Assembly: GCA_900757505.1 (NCBI GenBank)
Contig: CAAEOE010000013.1
Span: 29,193 to 93,192 of the forward strand
Reading direction: 5' to 3'
DNA length: 64,000 bases
DNA from: an uncultured Collinsella sp.
GTDB taxonomy: Bacteria; Actinomycetota; Coriobacteriia; Coriobacteriales; Coriobacteriaceae
Shown one piece after another: positions 40,196-50,003 of the stretch (within the stretch, counting starts at the first letter, position 1; every line of letters begins with the position of its first letter). The notes beneath the pieces are model-generated. The model had not been told where the DNA came from and searched no databases. It saw only the letters and a list, made by a program, of their open reading frames with translations. The position numbers and the translations under genes were made by a program.

Positions 40196-41077
40196 TTACT
40201 GGTCAGTCGGCTTTGCGACGCCGGACTCGTCGGACCAAAGCTCGACACCCTTGTTCTTAAGGTAGTTGTCGGCAAAGGCGCGGCGGCCGCCGGGCTTGGC
40301 GGTGAGGTCGCCCATCATGTTGGAGAAGCCGCCATCGACCTTGATGGCGTCGCCGGTGGTAAAGTCCGAGCGCTTGGACGCCAGGAACATGACGGCGTTG
40401 GCGATATCGCTGACCTCGCCGATGCGGCGCGTGGCGATGAGGCGGCTGCGGCTCTTCTCGACCTCGGGGTCGGCGTAAAAGCTCGCCGACATGGGGGTCT
40501 TAACAAAGCAGGGCTCGACGCAGTTGGAGCGCACGCCGTAAGGGCCCCACTCGGCTGCCAGCATCTTGGACATCATGTTGACGCCGGCCTTGGTGGAGCT
40601 GTACACGCCCGAGAACGTCTCGGGGGAGTGGCTGGCGACGGTCGAGATGTGCACCAGGCGGCCCTGGCCGGCCTTGATCATCTCGCGACCAAAGCGCTGC
40701 GAGGTGATGAAGTAGCCGGTGAGGTTGACGTTGAGTACCTGCTCCCAGTCGCTCAGCGGCAGGTCCTCCATAGCGGCGAAGCGCAGGATGCCGGCGGTGT
40801 TGACGAGGACGTCGACGCGGCCGAAGTTGGCGATGGTGGCGTCGACGGCGGCCTGAACCTCGGCCTCGTCGGTGGCGTTCATCTTGTAACCCTCGGCGTG
40901 GATGCCAAACTCGGCGGCGAGGTCGGCAGCTGCGGCCTTGACCTTTTCCTCGTCCAGATCGAGCAGGACGACGTTGGCGCCGTTGCGGGCGAACTCGCGG
41001 CAAATCTCGACGCCCATGCCGCCGAGTGCGCCGGTCACGGCGCAGACATCGCCCTCGAGCTTAAGCCAATTGCTCAT
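40196..41077 (-). CDS. SDR family oxidoreductase
   Basis: TGALGGMG, VNTAGI, YSSTK, VDGG. Confidence 0.92.
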   Translation of the reverse strand: MSNWLKLEGDVCAVTGALGGMGVEICREFARNGANVVLLDLDEEKVKAAAADLAAEFGIHAEGYKMNATDEAEVQAAVDATIANFGRVDVLVNTAGILRFAAMEDLPLSDWEQVLNVNLTGYFITSQRFGREMIKAGQGRLVHISTVASHSPETFSGVYSSTKAGVNMMSKMLAAEWGPYGVRSNCVEPCFVKTPMSASFYADPEVEKSRSRLIATRRIGEVSDIANAVMFLASKRSDFTTGDAIKVDGGFSNMMGDLTAKPGGRRAFADNYLKNKGVELWSDESGVAKPTDQ

Positions 41078-41310
41078 AGGAACTTCCCTTCTTGTGCCTC
41101 CCAGTGGGTCGCTCCCATTAACCGACCCACGTGGTTTTCGCTGGTTATCGTATGCTTAGCGTTCGTGCAGGTGAATTGCATATTTGTTAGAATGTCGTTA
41201 ACCGTAGGTTTACACTGTGCATTGAGGTTTGTTCTCAATTGAGCGTGTGACCTGCGAAAACGACCCCCTGCGGCGCTGTGGGCCCGCGCGTGCGAAAACG
41301 GGAGATTGAC

Positions 41311-42189
41311 GTGTACGATCGACGACTTGACGCTATTTCGGCCGCCGCGGAGCTGGGAAGTTTCTCGCGTGCCGCGGCAAAGCTGCGCGTGTCGACCCCG
41401 GCGCTCGTCAAACAGGTGTCGGGGTTCGAGGCCGAGTTTGGCATCACGTTGTTCGAGCGCTCGCACTCGGGCGTCAAGGTGACGCCGGCGGGCGCGCTGT
41501 TGGTGGACGACGCGCGCTCGATCATGCGCCAATCCGAGGATGCGTTGCGCCGCGCCCGGCGAGCGGCGGGCGATGGCGGTGCGGTGCGCCTGGGCGTATC
41601 GATGATGTGCCCGGGGCGCCACACGCTGTCGATGTGGTCGGGCATCCACGATCTGGAACCGTCGCTGCGATTTGAGATCGTGCCGGTAAGCGATCTCTAC
41701 GACGAGCGCGAGACCGTCATGCGCAGCTTGGGCCGCGAGGTCGATGTGGTGCAATCGAGTTTTTCAACCCCACGCTGGGGTGATGCCTGCCAAAAGCTCC
41801 GCATTGTCAACGTGCCGTTTTATATCGACCTGCCGCGCACGAGCCCGCTGGCACGCAAGAACCGTATTTCGATCGCCGACTTGGAGGGTATGCGTCTGCG
41901 CGTACTGCGCCACGGCAACGACGCCATGGACAGCCTGCGCATTGACCTTTTGGCCGACGGCGGCGTGGACGTGATCGACGTGGATAGCTTCGACTTTGCG
42001 CTCTTTAACGAAGCCGAGGAAAAGGGCGACGCGGTGCTCACCTGCGGCGCATGGTCGGGTGTGCACCCGGCCTTTGTGGGCGTGCCGTTCCTATGCGGCC
42101 GCGAGGTGCCGGTCTTCTTGCACTACCCGCTCGAGCCCACCCTCCAAGTCCAAAAATTCGTCAACGCCATGGCCCAACTCCTCAACTAG
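41311..42189 (+). CDS. LysR family regulator, divergent from the SDR operon
   Basis: GSFSRAAAKL.VSTPAL HTH; LFERSHSGV.VTPAG. Confidence 0.9.
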   Translation: MYDRRLDAISAAAELGSFSRAAAKLRVSTPALVKQVSGFEAEFGITLFERSHSGVKVTPAGALLVDDARSIMRQSEDALRRARRAAGDGGAVRLGVSMMCPGRHTLSMWSGIHDLEPSLRFEIVPVSDLYDERETVMRSLGREVDVVQSSFSTPRWGDACQKLRIVNVPFYIDLPRTSPLARKNRISIADLEGMRLRVLRHGNDAMDSLRIDLLADGGVDVIDVDSFDFALFNEAEEKGDAVLTCGAWSGVHPAFVGVPFLCGREVPVFLHYPLEPTLQVQKFVNAMAQLLN

Positions 42190-42232
42190 TTCATTTGGGA
42201 CGGGGCTTTTTTGACTACCCTTTGCTACGGGT

Positions 42233-43324
42233 TTAGCGATCCTCGCGTTGCGGCCCGGCCGCCTCGGCTGTCTTTACGCGGTTCTTATCGACGTACATGT
42301 TCTTGTCGGCCTGGGAAAAGAGTTCGCGCATGGTAGGCGGCTCGTCAAAATCGCTGGAAAGCGCATAGCCCACCGCGTAGCTGATGGGCATATCGGGGTG
42401 GACTTCGGAATACTCGTTCACGTTCGCGCGAATCCGAGCGAGACAAGATTCCACAGCGGCTCGGTCGGCATCCCGCAGTACTGCGATAAACTCATCGCCG
42501 CCGTCGCGACCCACAAAGCAGGTCTCGGACGCCACGCACCCCAGCTGCTGGGCAAAAGAACGGATGTATTCGTCGCCCTTCTCGTGGCCGAAGTTGTTAT
42601 TGACCGTATGCAGATTGTTAAGGTCGAAGACGCACACCGCAACGGGCGCCTCCGCGGAGACAGGCCGCTCCTGCCCCAAGATCTCCTCGCACTTGTTCTT
42701 GTTGGGCAGTCCCGTGGCTTCGTCGAGATAGACTTTGCTCTGCAGCTCGCGGTTGAGCGCGGCAGTGCGCACCGCGCGAACAAGTTCGACCGCAAAGGTC
42801 GCCACCAAGCCCACGATGTCGATGATCACCAAGCCCTCGAGATAGTTGAGCGCCGACGCCTTCTCCTGAGAGTAGTCCTCTGCGAGTCGTGTGGCATCGT
42901 CACAAATACCAAAGAACTCCTCGCTCATCGCGATGATATCGGTGTTCTCGTAGCCGACTTCGCGCACACGGGCAATCTCGGCGCAAAGCTCATCAAAATA
43001 ATTTGCAAGCTCGGTCATCTTTGCCTGATACTCGTCGTCGTCGAGACGGACGAGGTTGAGGTCGTCACTTCCGTAACGCAAACCGTTGATGTATGAATCC
43101 ACGGCTTTGAGCAGGTCATCTTGAGGCAGGCCCGCGTCCTCGAGCTTAACGATTCGCTGCGTGGTACCGCGCACCAGACCGGCGTAGTTGACCACGCGCG
43201 CCGTGCCCTGGATATCGGAGACGAGCAGCATAACATTAATGGAGAAGAAGATGAGAACTGCCGTGAGCACCATCATGAGCAGGCGCACCGCCTGGCTGGC
43301 CTTCTTGGCGACAGAAGTATTCAC
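42233..43324 (-). CDS. Membrane GGDEF-domain protein (diguanylate cyclase) with a NarX/PilJ-like sensor
   Basis: TM, then ARVVNYAGLVRG.TQR, TM, DEATGLPN, DLNNL..VN..FGH..GD, GRDGGDEF. Confidence 0.87.
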   Translation of the reverse strand: MNTSVAKKASQAVRLLMMVLTAVLIFFSINVMLLVSDIQGTARVVNYAGLVRGTTQRIVKLEDAGLPQDDLLKAVDSYINGLRYGSDDLNLVRLDDDEYQAKMTELANYFDELCAEIARVREVGYENTDIIAMSEEFFGICDDATRLAEDYSQEKASALNYLEGLVIIDIVGLVATFAVELVRAVRTAALNRELQSKVYLDEATGLPNKNKCEEILGQERPVSAEAPVAVCVFDLNNLHTVNNNFGHEKGDEYIRSFAQQLGCVASETCFVGRDGGDEFIAVLRDADRAAVESCLARIRANVNEYSEVHPDMPISYAVGYALSSDFDEPPTMRELFSQADKNMYVDKNRVKTAEAAGPQREDR

Positions 43325-43514
43325 AAGTTCACTCTCTCAAATGGCAAAAGCGCAGGTGGCACCCAGCGTGCTGAAATTCACGTGAGGTCAACTCTACCAT
43401 ATGGGCCAACAGCCTCAAACTGTAGCAGACGCTCGTCCAAATTGGCGTGACGTTTGTCTTGTTGTTCTTGACCTGGCCGCGCTATCGAACATGTTTCTGG
43501 TCTTGGATCACCAT

Positions 43515-43690
43515 GGGAAAGCTCATCCCGTTTTGTGCGTCTAGAGTGGGATGCGGTTTCCCAAAGGTGCCGTTAGGGGAAACCACATCCCGGTTTATGC
43601 CCTTGAAATGGGATGCCGTTTCCCGGAGGGGGCCCAGCGGGAAACGGCATCCCATTCTGGGCCCGAAAAGTGGGATACGGTTTCCGGCCG
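43515..43690. repeat. REP/BIME-like palindromic array, copy C
   Basis: Three gggatgcggtttcc / ggaaaccacatccc-type units like those at 11601 and 21377. Confidence 0.72.
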
Positions 43691-43695
43691 GCATG

Positions 43696-43737
43696 AATAA
43701 AGCCTCCGCAGCTCGTGTGTGCTGCGGAGGCTTTATT
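43696..43737. terminator. Bidirectional terminator-like hairpin
   Basis: aataaagcctccgcagc ... gctgcggaggctttatt. Confidence 0.7.
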
Positions 43738-43858
43738 CGTTGCGGCGCATTGTGTTTGGGTCGTTGAGATGAGTCGATTTGCCCCGAAAGAGGAGGGCAT
43801 TGACCTTAGGGTCATGCCCGACGAATGAGCGGCAAATCGGCCATCTCGGCGAGCCGAA

Positions 43859-45778
43859 CTACTCCAGCTCAAACGCTCCGGTATAGAGCTGATAGTAGTA
43901 TCCGCGCTTGGCGATCAGCTCGTCGTGGTTGCCGCGCTCGATGATGCGGCCGTGGTCCAGACAGATGATTGCGTCGGAGTTGCGCACGGTGGACAGGCGG
44001 TGTGCGATGACAAACGTCGTGCGGCCCTCCATGAGCTTGTCCATGCCCGCCTGTACGATGGCCTCGGTGCGGGTGTCGATGGAGCTCGTGGCCTCGTCCA
44101 GGATCATCGCCGGCGGATCGGCGACGGCGGCGCGTGCGATCGAAATCAGCTGGCGCTGGCCCTGCGAAAGCTGGGCACCGTTACCGGTAAGCATGGTGTC
44201 GTAGCCGTCGGGCAGGCGGGTGATAAAGTCGTCTGCGCCCGCGAGCTTGGCCGCTGCGATGCACTCCTCGTCGGTGGCGTCCAGGTTGCCGTAGCGGATG
44301 TTGTCCATCACGGTGCCGGTGAACAGGTTCACGTCCTGCAGCACGACGCCCAGGCTTCGGCGCAGGTCGGCCTTGCGGATCTTGTTGACGTTGATGCCGT
44401 CGTAGCGAATCTTGCCGTCGGCAATGTCATAGAAGCGGTTGATGAGGTTGGTGATGGTCGTCTTGCCCGCACCGGTGGCGCCGACAAACGCGACTTTCTG
44501 GCCCGGCTTGGCAAACACGGACACGCCGTGCAGCACCTCGTGGTCGGGCGTGTAGCCAAAGTCGACGTTGTCCATGACCAGGTCGCCGCGCAGCGGCACG
44601 TACTCGATCTCGCCGGTTGCGCGGTGCGGATGTTTCCACGCCCACATGCCGGTGTGGTGGTCGGCCTCTTCGAACTCCCAAGTCTCGGGGTTCACCTGTG
44701 CGTTGACGAGCGTCACGTAGCCTTCGTCGACTTCGGGCTTCTCGTCGATGAGCTCAAAGATACGGTCGGCGCCGGCGAGGCCCATGACCACGGCGTTGAT
44801 CTGCTGCGAGATCTGGCCGATCTGTCCGCAGAACTGCTTGGTCATGTTGAGGAACGGCACCACGACGGCGATGGACAGCGCCATGCCCGAGATGCTCAGG
44901 TTGGGCACGCCCAGTGCCAGGAAAATGCCGCCGGCAAGGGCCACCAGCACGTAGAGCAGGTTGCCCAGGTTCATAAGGATGGGCATGAGGATGTTGGCGT
45001 ACATGTTGGCCTTTTGCGAGACCTCGAAGAGCTTTTCGTTGCGCTCGTCAAAATCGGCCTCGGCGGCAGACTCGTGGCAGAACGCCTTGACGACCTTCTG
45101 GCCGTTCATGACCTCCTCGATATGGCCCTCGACCACGCCAAGCTCGGTCTGCTGCGCAATGAAGAAGCGCGCGGAGTTGGAGCCGAGCAGCTTGGTCATA
45201 AAGGTCATAAAGGCGACGCCGGCGATGATGACCAGGCACATCCACACGCTGTAGTACAGCATGATAAAGAACACCGTGACGATGATGATGATCGTCATGA
45301 GCAGGTTGGGCAGCGACTGACTGATCATCTGGCGCAGCGTATCGATGTCGTTGGTGTAGTGGCTCATGATGTCGCCGCGCTGGTGCGTGTCGAAGTAGCG
45401 GATCGGCAGGTCCTGCATGCGGTTGAACATCATCTCGCGAAGCTTCTCCAACGAGCCCTGCGTGACGATAGCCATGGCGCGGTTCCAGAAGAGCGAGGAC
45501 AGGACGCCGACGCCGTAAATGCAGGCGAGGGTGGTCACGAGCTGCGCGATCTTGGGCTGCGCGGCTCCCCAATCGCCCGACTGCCACGATTCGCCAATAA
45601 TTTGCAGGGCGCTCTGCAGGAAGGTCGCGCCGATGGAGTTGATGATGGCGCAGAGCACCACGCCGGCGACGACGAGGGGCAAAAGCACGGGATAGAAGCC
45701 AAAGAGCGTCTTGATGAGGCGCGACATGGTGCCGCCCTTGCGGTTGAGCGCGCGCTCGGCGGTCGTTGCCTTACTCAT
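43859..45778 (-). CDS. ABC exporter fused permease/ATPase
   Basis: GATGAGKT, LSQGQRQ, ILDEATS. Confidence 0.93.
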   Translation of the reverse strand: MSKATTAERALNRKGGTMSRLIKTLFGFYPVLLPLVVAGVVLCAIINSIGATFLQSALQIIGESWQSGDWGAAQPKIAQLVTTLACIYGVGVLSSLFWNRAMAIVTQGSLEKLREMMFNRMQDLPIRYFDTHQRGDIMSHYTNDIDTLRQMISQSLPNLLMTIIIIVTVFFIMLYYSVWMCLVIIAGVAFMTFMTKLLGSNSARFFIAQQTELGVVEGHIEEVMNGQKVVKAFCHESAAEADFDERNEKLFEVSQKANMYANILMPILMNLGNLLYVLVALAGGIFLALGVPNLSISGMALSIAVVVPFLNMTKQFCGQIGQISQQINAVVMGLAGADRIFELIDEKPEVDEGYVTLVNAQVNPETWEFEEADHHTGMWAWKHPHRATGEIEYVPLRGDLVMDNVDFGYTPDHEVLHGVSVFAKPGQKVAFVGATGAGKTTITNLINRFYDIADGKIRYDGINVNKIRKADLRRSLGVVLQDVNLFTGTVMDNIRYGNLDATDEECIAAAKLAGADDFITRLPDGYDTMLTGNGAQLSQGQRQLISIARAAVADPPAMILDEATSSIDTRTEAIVQAGMDKLMEGRTTFVIAHRLSTVRNSDAIICLDHGRIIERGNHDELIAKRGYYYQLYTGAFELE

Positions 45779-47615
45779 GGGCCTCGCCTCCTTCCTGGGT
45801 CTGAGCTTGCGTTGCGGTCATGTCGGTGTTGTCTGCCGCCGTGTTCGCGTCGCCAGAGACGTCGTCGGCGTCTTGCGTACCTTCGGCAGACATCTTGTTT
45901 TGCGAGGTAAAGGTCTCTCGGTAGATCTCGCTCGTCTTGAGCAGCTCTTCGTGGTTGCCGATCTGTGCGATGCGGCCGCCCTCCATGACAATGATGCGGT
46001 CTGCGTCCTGCACGGAGCTGATGCGCTGGGCGATGATGATCTTGGTCGTGTTGGGCAGATAGCTTGCCAGACCTGCGCGAATCTTGGCGTCAGTCTTGGT
46101 GTCGACGGCGCTGGTGGAGTCGTCCAGGATCAAGATCTTGGGGCGACGCAGCAGGGCGCGTGCAATGCACAGGCGCTGCTTCTGACCGCCCGAAACATTA
46201 GAGCCGCCCTGTTCGATCCAGGTGTCGTAGCCCTTGGGGAAGCCGTCGACAAACTCGTCGGCGCAGGCCAGATGTGCCGCCTCGCGGACTTCCTCGTCGG
46301 TGGCGTTCGGGTCGCCCCAACGCAGGTTCTCGGCGATGGTGCCGCTAAACAGCACGTTTTTCTGCAGCACCATGGCGACCTGGTGACGCAGCGCGTCCAG
46401 GTCGTAGTCGCGCACGTCCACGCCGCCCACGCGCACAGCGCCTTCGGTGGTGTCGTACAGGCGGGCGATGAGGTTAACGAGCGTGGACTTGGCCGAGCCA
46501 GTGCCGCCGATGATGCCGATGGTCTCGCCGCTCGTAATGTGCAGGTCGATATCGTCGAGCGCCTGGCGTTTCGCATGCGCGGAATACTTAAAGCTCACGT
46601 GGTCAAAGTCGATGGAACCGTCGGCAACCTCGAGCACGGGCTCGGCGGGATCGGCGATCGTGGGCTCGGCGGCCAGCACCTCGGCAATGCGGTGTGCCGA
46701 TTCGTCGGCCATGGTCACCATGACAAAGATCATCGACAGCTGCATCAAGCTCATGAGAATCTGGAAACCATAGGTAAAGGTCGAGGAGAGCTGGCCCACG
46801 TCGAACAGCGTGCCCTGGCTCGTGATGATGAGCTTGGAGCCCAGGTAGATGATGACGACAAACGCGCCGTTGACGCAGATGTTCATCATTGGGTTGTTAA
46901 AGGCGAGCAGCTTCTCGGCGCGGGTGAAGTCCATCTGGACGTCGCGCGCGGCGGTCGCGAACTTCTCCTTCTCAAAGTCTTCGCGCACATAGCTCTTGAC
47001 CACGCGCATGCCGGTGACGTTTTCCTCGACGGACTCGTTAAGGGCATCGTACTTGTGGAACACGCGCGAGAAGATGGGGCGCACCTTAAAGATGATAAAG
47101 AACAGTCCAAAGCCCAGCAGCGGAATGATGACCAGGTAGACCATGGCGACGCTGCCGCCCATGATAAACGCCATGGTAAAGGCGAAGATCAATACCAGCG
47201 GCGCGCGCACGGCGATACGGATGATCATCATAAAGGCCTGCTGCACGTTGTTGATATCGGTGGTCAGGCGCGTGACGAGCGAGGAGCTCGAGAACTCATC
47301 GATGTTGGCAAAGCTGAACGTCTGGATCTTGTAGAACAGGTCGTGACGCAGGTTCTTGGCGAACCCGCAGCTCGCATGGCTGCAGGTGACGCCGGCCGCG
47401 GCGCCAAAAGCAAGGGATGTTAGCGCGATGAGCACCAAAAAGCCTGCGGTGGGAAGCATCTCGGCTACGGTGGCGCCGTCTTTGATGGCGTCGATCAGGT
47501 TGGCGGTGATAAATGGAATCAGCATCTCGCAGAGCACCTCGCCAAGCACGAGCAGCGGCGTGGCAACAGTGACTTTCATATAGTCGCGGATGCTTCCCAT
47601 GAGGGTTTTAATCAT
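45771..47615 (-). CDS. ABC exporter fused permease/ATPase, degenerate-site partner
   Basis: GGTGSAKS, VSGGQKQR, ILDDST. Confidence 0.93.
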   Translation of the reverse strand: MIKTLMGSIRDYMKVTVATPLLVLGEVLCEMLIPFITANLIDAIKDGATVAEMLPTAGFLVLIALTSLAFGAAAGVTCSHASCGFAKNLRHDLFYKIQTFSFANIDEFSSSSLVTRLTTDINNVQQAFMMIIRIAVRAPLVLIFAFTMAFIMGGSVAMVYLVIIPLLGFGLFFIIFKVRPIFSRVFHKYDALNESVEENVTGMRVVKSYVREDFEKEKFATAARDVQMDFTRAEKLLAFNNPMMNICVNGAFVVIIYLGSKLIITSQGTLFDVGQLSSTFTYGFQILMSLMQLSMIFVMVTMADESAHRIAEVLAAEPTIADPAEPVLEVADGSIDFDHVSFKYSAHAKRQALDDIDLHITSGETIGIIGGTGSAKSTLVNLIARLYDTTEGAVRVGGVDVRDYDLDALRHQVAMVLQKNVLFSGTIAENLRWGDPNATDEEVREAAHLACADEFVDGFPKGYDTWIEQGGSNVSGGQKQRLCIARALLRRPKILILDDSTSAVDTKTDAKIRAGLASYLPNTTKIIIAQRISSVQDADRIIVMEGGRIAQIGNHEELLKTSEIYRETFTSQNKMSAEGTQDADDVSGDANTAADNTDMTATQAQTQEGGEAHE

Positions 47616-48111
47616 CCAGTTCCTCCCAGGTTACGCGGATTTTATCGAGCATTTCGGCGAGGTCCTCGCGCTCGTCGTGGGTGAGCGCGCTAAAGGCCCG
47701 TTCTCTAAAGCGGATGCGGGCCGCCTGGTCGATGCGGGCGTTTTCCCGGCCGGTTTCGGTCAGGCGAATGGTGAGCTGCCGTCGATCCTTGGGGTTACGG
47801 CTGCGCTCGATGAGGCCGTTGAGCTCGAGCTTGGACAGGATCTCGGAAAGCGATCCCGGCTTGAGGTCAAAGTGCATGCCGAGCTCCTGCTGCGACATCT
47901 CGCCGCCGGGTTGCTTGGCCAGCAGGCAGATGATGGGCGCCTTGCCGGATACGCCTCCGCCATGAAAGTGCATGTAATGGCCGCAGAAGCCCAGGCCATT
48001 GAGGATGCGCTTGGCAAGCTTATCCTGCTCGCTCATCGCGGGCGGCTGGTCTGCCGGCTGCGAGGGGTCGCCGCCGGGTTCGTGCGGATAGACGAGTGGT
48101 TCAACACACAT
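47608..48111 (-). CDS. MarR family regulator
   Basis: SQQELG...KPGSLSEILSKLE..GLIER...DRR...LTETG. Confidence 0.9.
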   Translation of the reverse strand: MCVEPLVYPHEPGGDPSQPADQPPAMSEQDKLAKRILNGLGFCGHYMHFHGGGVSGKAPIICLLAKQPGGEMSQQELGMHFDLKPGSLSEILSKLELNGLIERSRNPKDRRQLTIRLTETGRENARIDQAARIRFRERAFSALTHDEREDLAEMLDKIRVTWEELDD

Positions 48112-48206
48112 GTCGCTGCATTGCTCCTTTCTTTAGTTAGGTAGTGGAATTGTTTTGTGCCTAACCAATCTAGGAGCATGAGAAATGAATGTCAAGGTAC
48201 CAAACT

Positions 48207-48448
48207 AGTGGTTACGCGGTTTTACCAAACCGCGTAACGGCTCGACGCTGCAAACCCGCCAGAGCGGCAATCTGCCTTTCAACTTCGGCGGCATGACCTT
48301 ATAGTTACGGCGTTTTACCAAACGCCGTAACCGGCCGACGCTGCAAACGCTCCTAAGCGGCAATCTGGCGTTCAATCGTCGGGCATGGCCACAAGGCCTA
48401 TGCCCTCCTCTTTCACGCCACCTTGCTCGCCTAGGAGCGTTTTCGCTG
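48207..48448 (+). repeat. Two tandem copies of a structured dispersed repeat. Family members also at 33557-33670, 43765-43856 (minus strand) and 62878-63075
   Basis: Shared motifs gacgctgc, ttcaa, cgtcgggcat-gRcc-N4-ggYc-Watgccctcctctttc, with compensatory stem changes. Confidence 0.75.
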
Positions 48449-48487
48449 TCCGTCCTCAACCTGTGATTCCGCCACGGTCCGCTTCGG

Positions 48488-48543
48488 TAGTCGTTGGGGA
48501 CGTTCTTGTTTGACTAGTCATTTAAGAACGTCCCCAACGACTA
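48488..48543. repeat. Palindrome with 20-bp perfect arms
   Basis: tagtcgttggggacgttctt / aagaacgtccccaacgacta. Confidence 0.8.
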
Positions 48544-48673
48544 ACTTCCTTCCCGTAACCTTTCCGCAACAATTCGACCTCCACGGCACCAGCGCCCGCC
48601 TGCCGTGCTCCCTGCGCTACACTTAGTCGCACTGTGGCGCTGCTGCGCCGTGCCCGAACCAAGGGAGACCCTC

Positions 48674-49498
48674 ATGAAGAACACTCAGCTGCTGCTGATC
48701 AACGATATGTGCGGCTACGGCAAGGTCGCGCTCTCCGCCATGCTGCCGGTGCTGTCGCACATGGGCTACCGTATCCATAACCTGCCGACGGCGCTGGTGT
48801 CCGATACGCTCAACTATCCCAAGTTCTACATCCATGACACCACCGAGTACGTGCGCCAGAGCCTCGCCATTTGGGAGGAGCTCGGCTTTGAGTTCGACGC
48901 CATCTCCACCGGCTTTATCGTGACCGAGGAAGAGACGCGCATCATTTCGGATTTCTGCCACCGTCGCGCGCAAAAGGGCACCAAGGTGTTCGTCGACCCC
49001 ATCATGGGCGACAACGGCAAGCTCTATGCCGGCGTGCCCGAGTCCACGATCGGTCTCATGCGCAGCCTGCTCGAGTGCGCCGACTATGCGGTGCCAAACT
49101 ACACCGAGGCCTGCCTGCTCACCGATACGCCCATTGCCGAGCAAATCACGCCCGATGAGGGCCGCGCTCTTGTGGATGCCGTGCGTGTCCTGGGCGCCAA
49201 GTCGGTGGTCATTACGAGCGCTGTGGTCGACGGTGCGAATGTCGTCATCGGTTACGACCATGTGGCGGGGGAGTACTTCACGATTCCCTTCGAGCTGATT
49301 CCGGTCTACTTTCCGGGCACGGGCGACACGTTCTCGGCGGTGCTTGTCGGCCGCGTTATGGCCGGTTGGAGCCTGCAGCGCGCGACGAGCGATGCCATGC
49401 GTGTGGTAGCGGAGCTCATCGAGCGCAATGCCGACCAGGAGGATAAGTCCGCCGGCCTTCCCATCGAGGCCTGCCTGGATGTGATTGACCATGAGTAA
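48674..49498 (+). CDS. pdxK: Pyridoxal/pyridoxamine kinase (PfkB family)
   Basis: NDMCGYGKVAL, VDPIMGDNG, PNYTEA, PGTGDTF. Confidence 0.82.
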   Translation: MKNTQLLLINDMCGYGKVALSAMLPVLSHMGYRIHNLPTALVSDTLNYPKFYIHDTTEYVRQSLAIWEELGFEFDAISTGFIVTEEETRIISDFCHRRAQKGTKVFVDPIMGDNGKLYAGVPESTIGLMRSLLECADYAVPNYTEACLLTDTPIAEQITPDEGRALVDAVRVLGAKSVVITSAVVDGANVVIGYDHVAGEYFTIPFELIPVYFPGTGDTFSAVLVGRVMAGWSLQRATSDAMRVVAELIERNADQEDKSAGLPIEACLDVIDHE

Positions 49499-49820
49499 CG
49501 CCGACGAGAGCAGCACCGAGGCGGCGGGCGAGAACAAGCCGCTCGGTGCCCCGCGCGGCAGGCGCCCACGTATTCGCATTAGCTGCGTGGACCAGCTGGG
49601 CACATGCCGCTGCCATCACGGGCACAAGCCGGGTGACGTCTTCGACTTCGACCGAGACCGCGGCAAGATGTGTGCCATGGCCTGCCATGTGGGCTTTCCC
49701 TATATCGATATCCTGCGCTATGGCGGAACCGTGCCTGGCAACGAGCCCGGTACGGCAAAGTTCTGCTGCCCCGAGGTCGATACGCTGAACGTCTGGCTTG
49801 CCGAGATCGTCGACGAGTAG
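49491..49820 (+). CDS. Small Cys-rich protein, TIGR04076-like
   Basis: C..GHK.GD.F, C..A.H...P, CCP pattern. Confidence 0.65.
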   Translation: MSNADESSTEAAGENKPLGAPRGRRPRIRISCVDQLGTCRCHHGHKPGDVFDFDRDRGKMCAMACHVGFPYIDILRYGGTVPGNEPGTAKFCCPEVDTLNVWLAEIVDE

Positions 49821-49895
49821 TCGAGCGCAATGTGACAAAGGGACAGTCCCTTTGTCACATTCGCCGGGGCTGCCCCTTCTTTCTGCTTATAATCC

Positions 49896-49984
49896 TAAAT
49901 CTCTACATTTCATCCGATTTTAGGTTCTAAAAATCCTACATTTCATCGATAATCAAGCGCATAAAACTTTGCATTTCATTTGAT
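49896..49984 (+). repeat. Three ~23-bp direct repeats (period 32-34 bp) upstream of an AAA/DUF4143 gene
   Basis: taaatctctacatttcatccgat, taaaaatcctacatttcatcgat, taaaactttgcatttcatttgat. Confidence 0.75.
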
Positions 49985-50003
49985 GACACTGAGGGGAGAG
50001 CCT

